A stretch of DNA of 60,470 nt, filler included, from Sphacelaria rigidula (taxonomy: Eukaryota): the NCBI GenBank assembly GCA_964200075.2. It is 6 parts of 6 records of this genome, joined end to end, with 100 filler letters (N's around TTAATTAATTAA, not from the genome) between each part and the next. Parts side by side here need not be neighbours in the genome. Positions count along the whole stretch, not along the records: positions 50,478 to 60,470 come from CAXNAA020007348.1; 5 more parts are not named here. One strand, written 5' to 3'. A program made the translations under genes and the position numbers. The notes below the pieces were generated by a model that was given only the letters and a program-made list of their open reading frames with translations, made no database searches and had not been told where the DNA came from. Positions 59,334 through 60,470 of this stretch are shown piece by piece. The first letter of the stretch is position 1; each line of letters begins with the position of its first letter.

Positions 59334-59456
59334 GTGTGCAGTCGGAAGAAGGAGTAGTGGGGGAGGGGCCTGGGGGGGGGGGTGTACTCGCGATTTGACT
59401 GATTCAGTTGTTCATACTGTCGTTTGGCAAGTCCACGGTCGAAGAGTTGAAGATAT

Positions 59457-59723
59457 CACGGTTAGGACGAATCATCACGACTACGAATCACCAAATCCAC
59501 GGTTTCTTCGGCCTGATTGCCCAAAAGGGAGANNNNNNNNNNAAAGTTGACCGCTGGTCCAAGGTGTATCCACGCAACTTTTGCACCATTCCACGTGTCT
59601 GGGCTGCGTGTACCTGGGTTGCAACGCTGAAAACAAAGCCTAAGGATTGATTCGTGCGATTCGAATCAAATATATACTAGAATAAAGTAATTTCCAGACG
59701 AGTCATTTTTTGTCCGACCCTTG
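59457..59723 (-). mobile_element. hAT-type MITE, third copy
   Basis: Reverse complement of the 52322 family, with a perfect 8-bp TSD GAAGATAT on both sides. Confidence 0.85.
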
Positions 59724-60470
59724 GAAGATATCACGGCGCATAACACGCCACGTATAATTAAGGTTATTCTGTGACTTGTACAGTGTGACAGTAACAGGGA
59801 ATTCTGGAAATTGGGAACGATATTCTTCCGGCGGTGTTTAGAATTGTGGGAAATGATACCCCCTTCGAAGGCACCTTCCCCTTCGAAGGCACCTCCGAGG
59901 CAACTGGGGGCACCTCGAAGGCGCCTTCGTGCGTCCCCATTTTCCGCAATTCTGGACACCATCGAAAGATCCACGTTCCCATTTTTCAGAGTCCCGTCAC
60001 GTGTTGATCAAGTTGACGCCTGATCCTTGAATTTCGAGCTGCGTTTCGTGGGTGTTGATGTTATAGCAACGAAAATGAACCTGAATGTCATTGTCTCGGC
60101 TGGTCGGGCTGTTCAAATATTTTGAAGTTTGGTAGTTGTGTACGAGTTCCGTGCGTCTGATCATTCCTCCTCTTGCCATTTCGTCTTTTCGCCGGTGGTA
60201 CTTTTTGTCTTGCGTGCTGCAAATCCACCTTTAATTTTCAGCGGGCGCTTACCGCGGCAGAAGTGGGTCTGGTGCAGGGGAAAATAGACGAGGTGAGGGG
60301 TTGGAGAGGAAGGATGTGCATGCCCTAGCAGAGGGAATAGCCGGTGGGGTTAGTTTTTGCGAGACTGCTGCTACAATGGTTGTAACTTTGAGGATGGGAG
60401 GGGGGGGGGGGGGGGGGGTACTCTTTTTTTTCTTTCCTTTGTTTTTTACCCATTAACCCCGAGAAGGGGA

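Overview
Eukaryotic, repeat-rich DNA, most likely from a brown alga or a related photosynthetic stramenopile (inferred from the genes, intron style and TE types). It is not one locus. Six contigs of 9997, 9996, 9995, 9995, 9994 and 9993 bp are joined in descending length by artificial 100-nt N44-TTAATTAATTAA-N44 linkers. Three spliced host genes can be built by hand. (1) A complete 40S ribosomal protein S17 gene (44011-49548), whose second intron holds candidate H/ACA and C/D snoRNAs with rRNA-complementary guides. (2) The last two exons of a DUF3727-like protein (30476-34827). (3) Eight exons of a MARCH6/Doa10/SUD1-type E3 ligase (51563-59333). The rest is mostly decayed transposons: a LINE, a Copia and a chromodomain Gypsy that have both lost most of their RT and all RNase H, SINEs, hAT- and piggyBac-like MITEs, foldbacks and minisatellites. 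The most unusual signal is a LINE family whose 5'-truncated copies end in poly(C) rather than poly(A) and sit in C-rich targets, one with a target-site duplication (TSD). Also notable: a tail-only retroposon insertion with a TSD, a TTAGGG-tailed interspersed repeat, MITEs stacked at TTAA sites and a multi-level TE nest.
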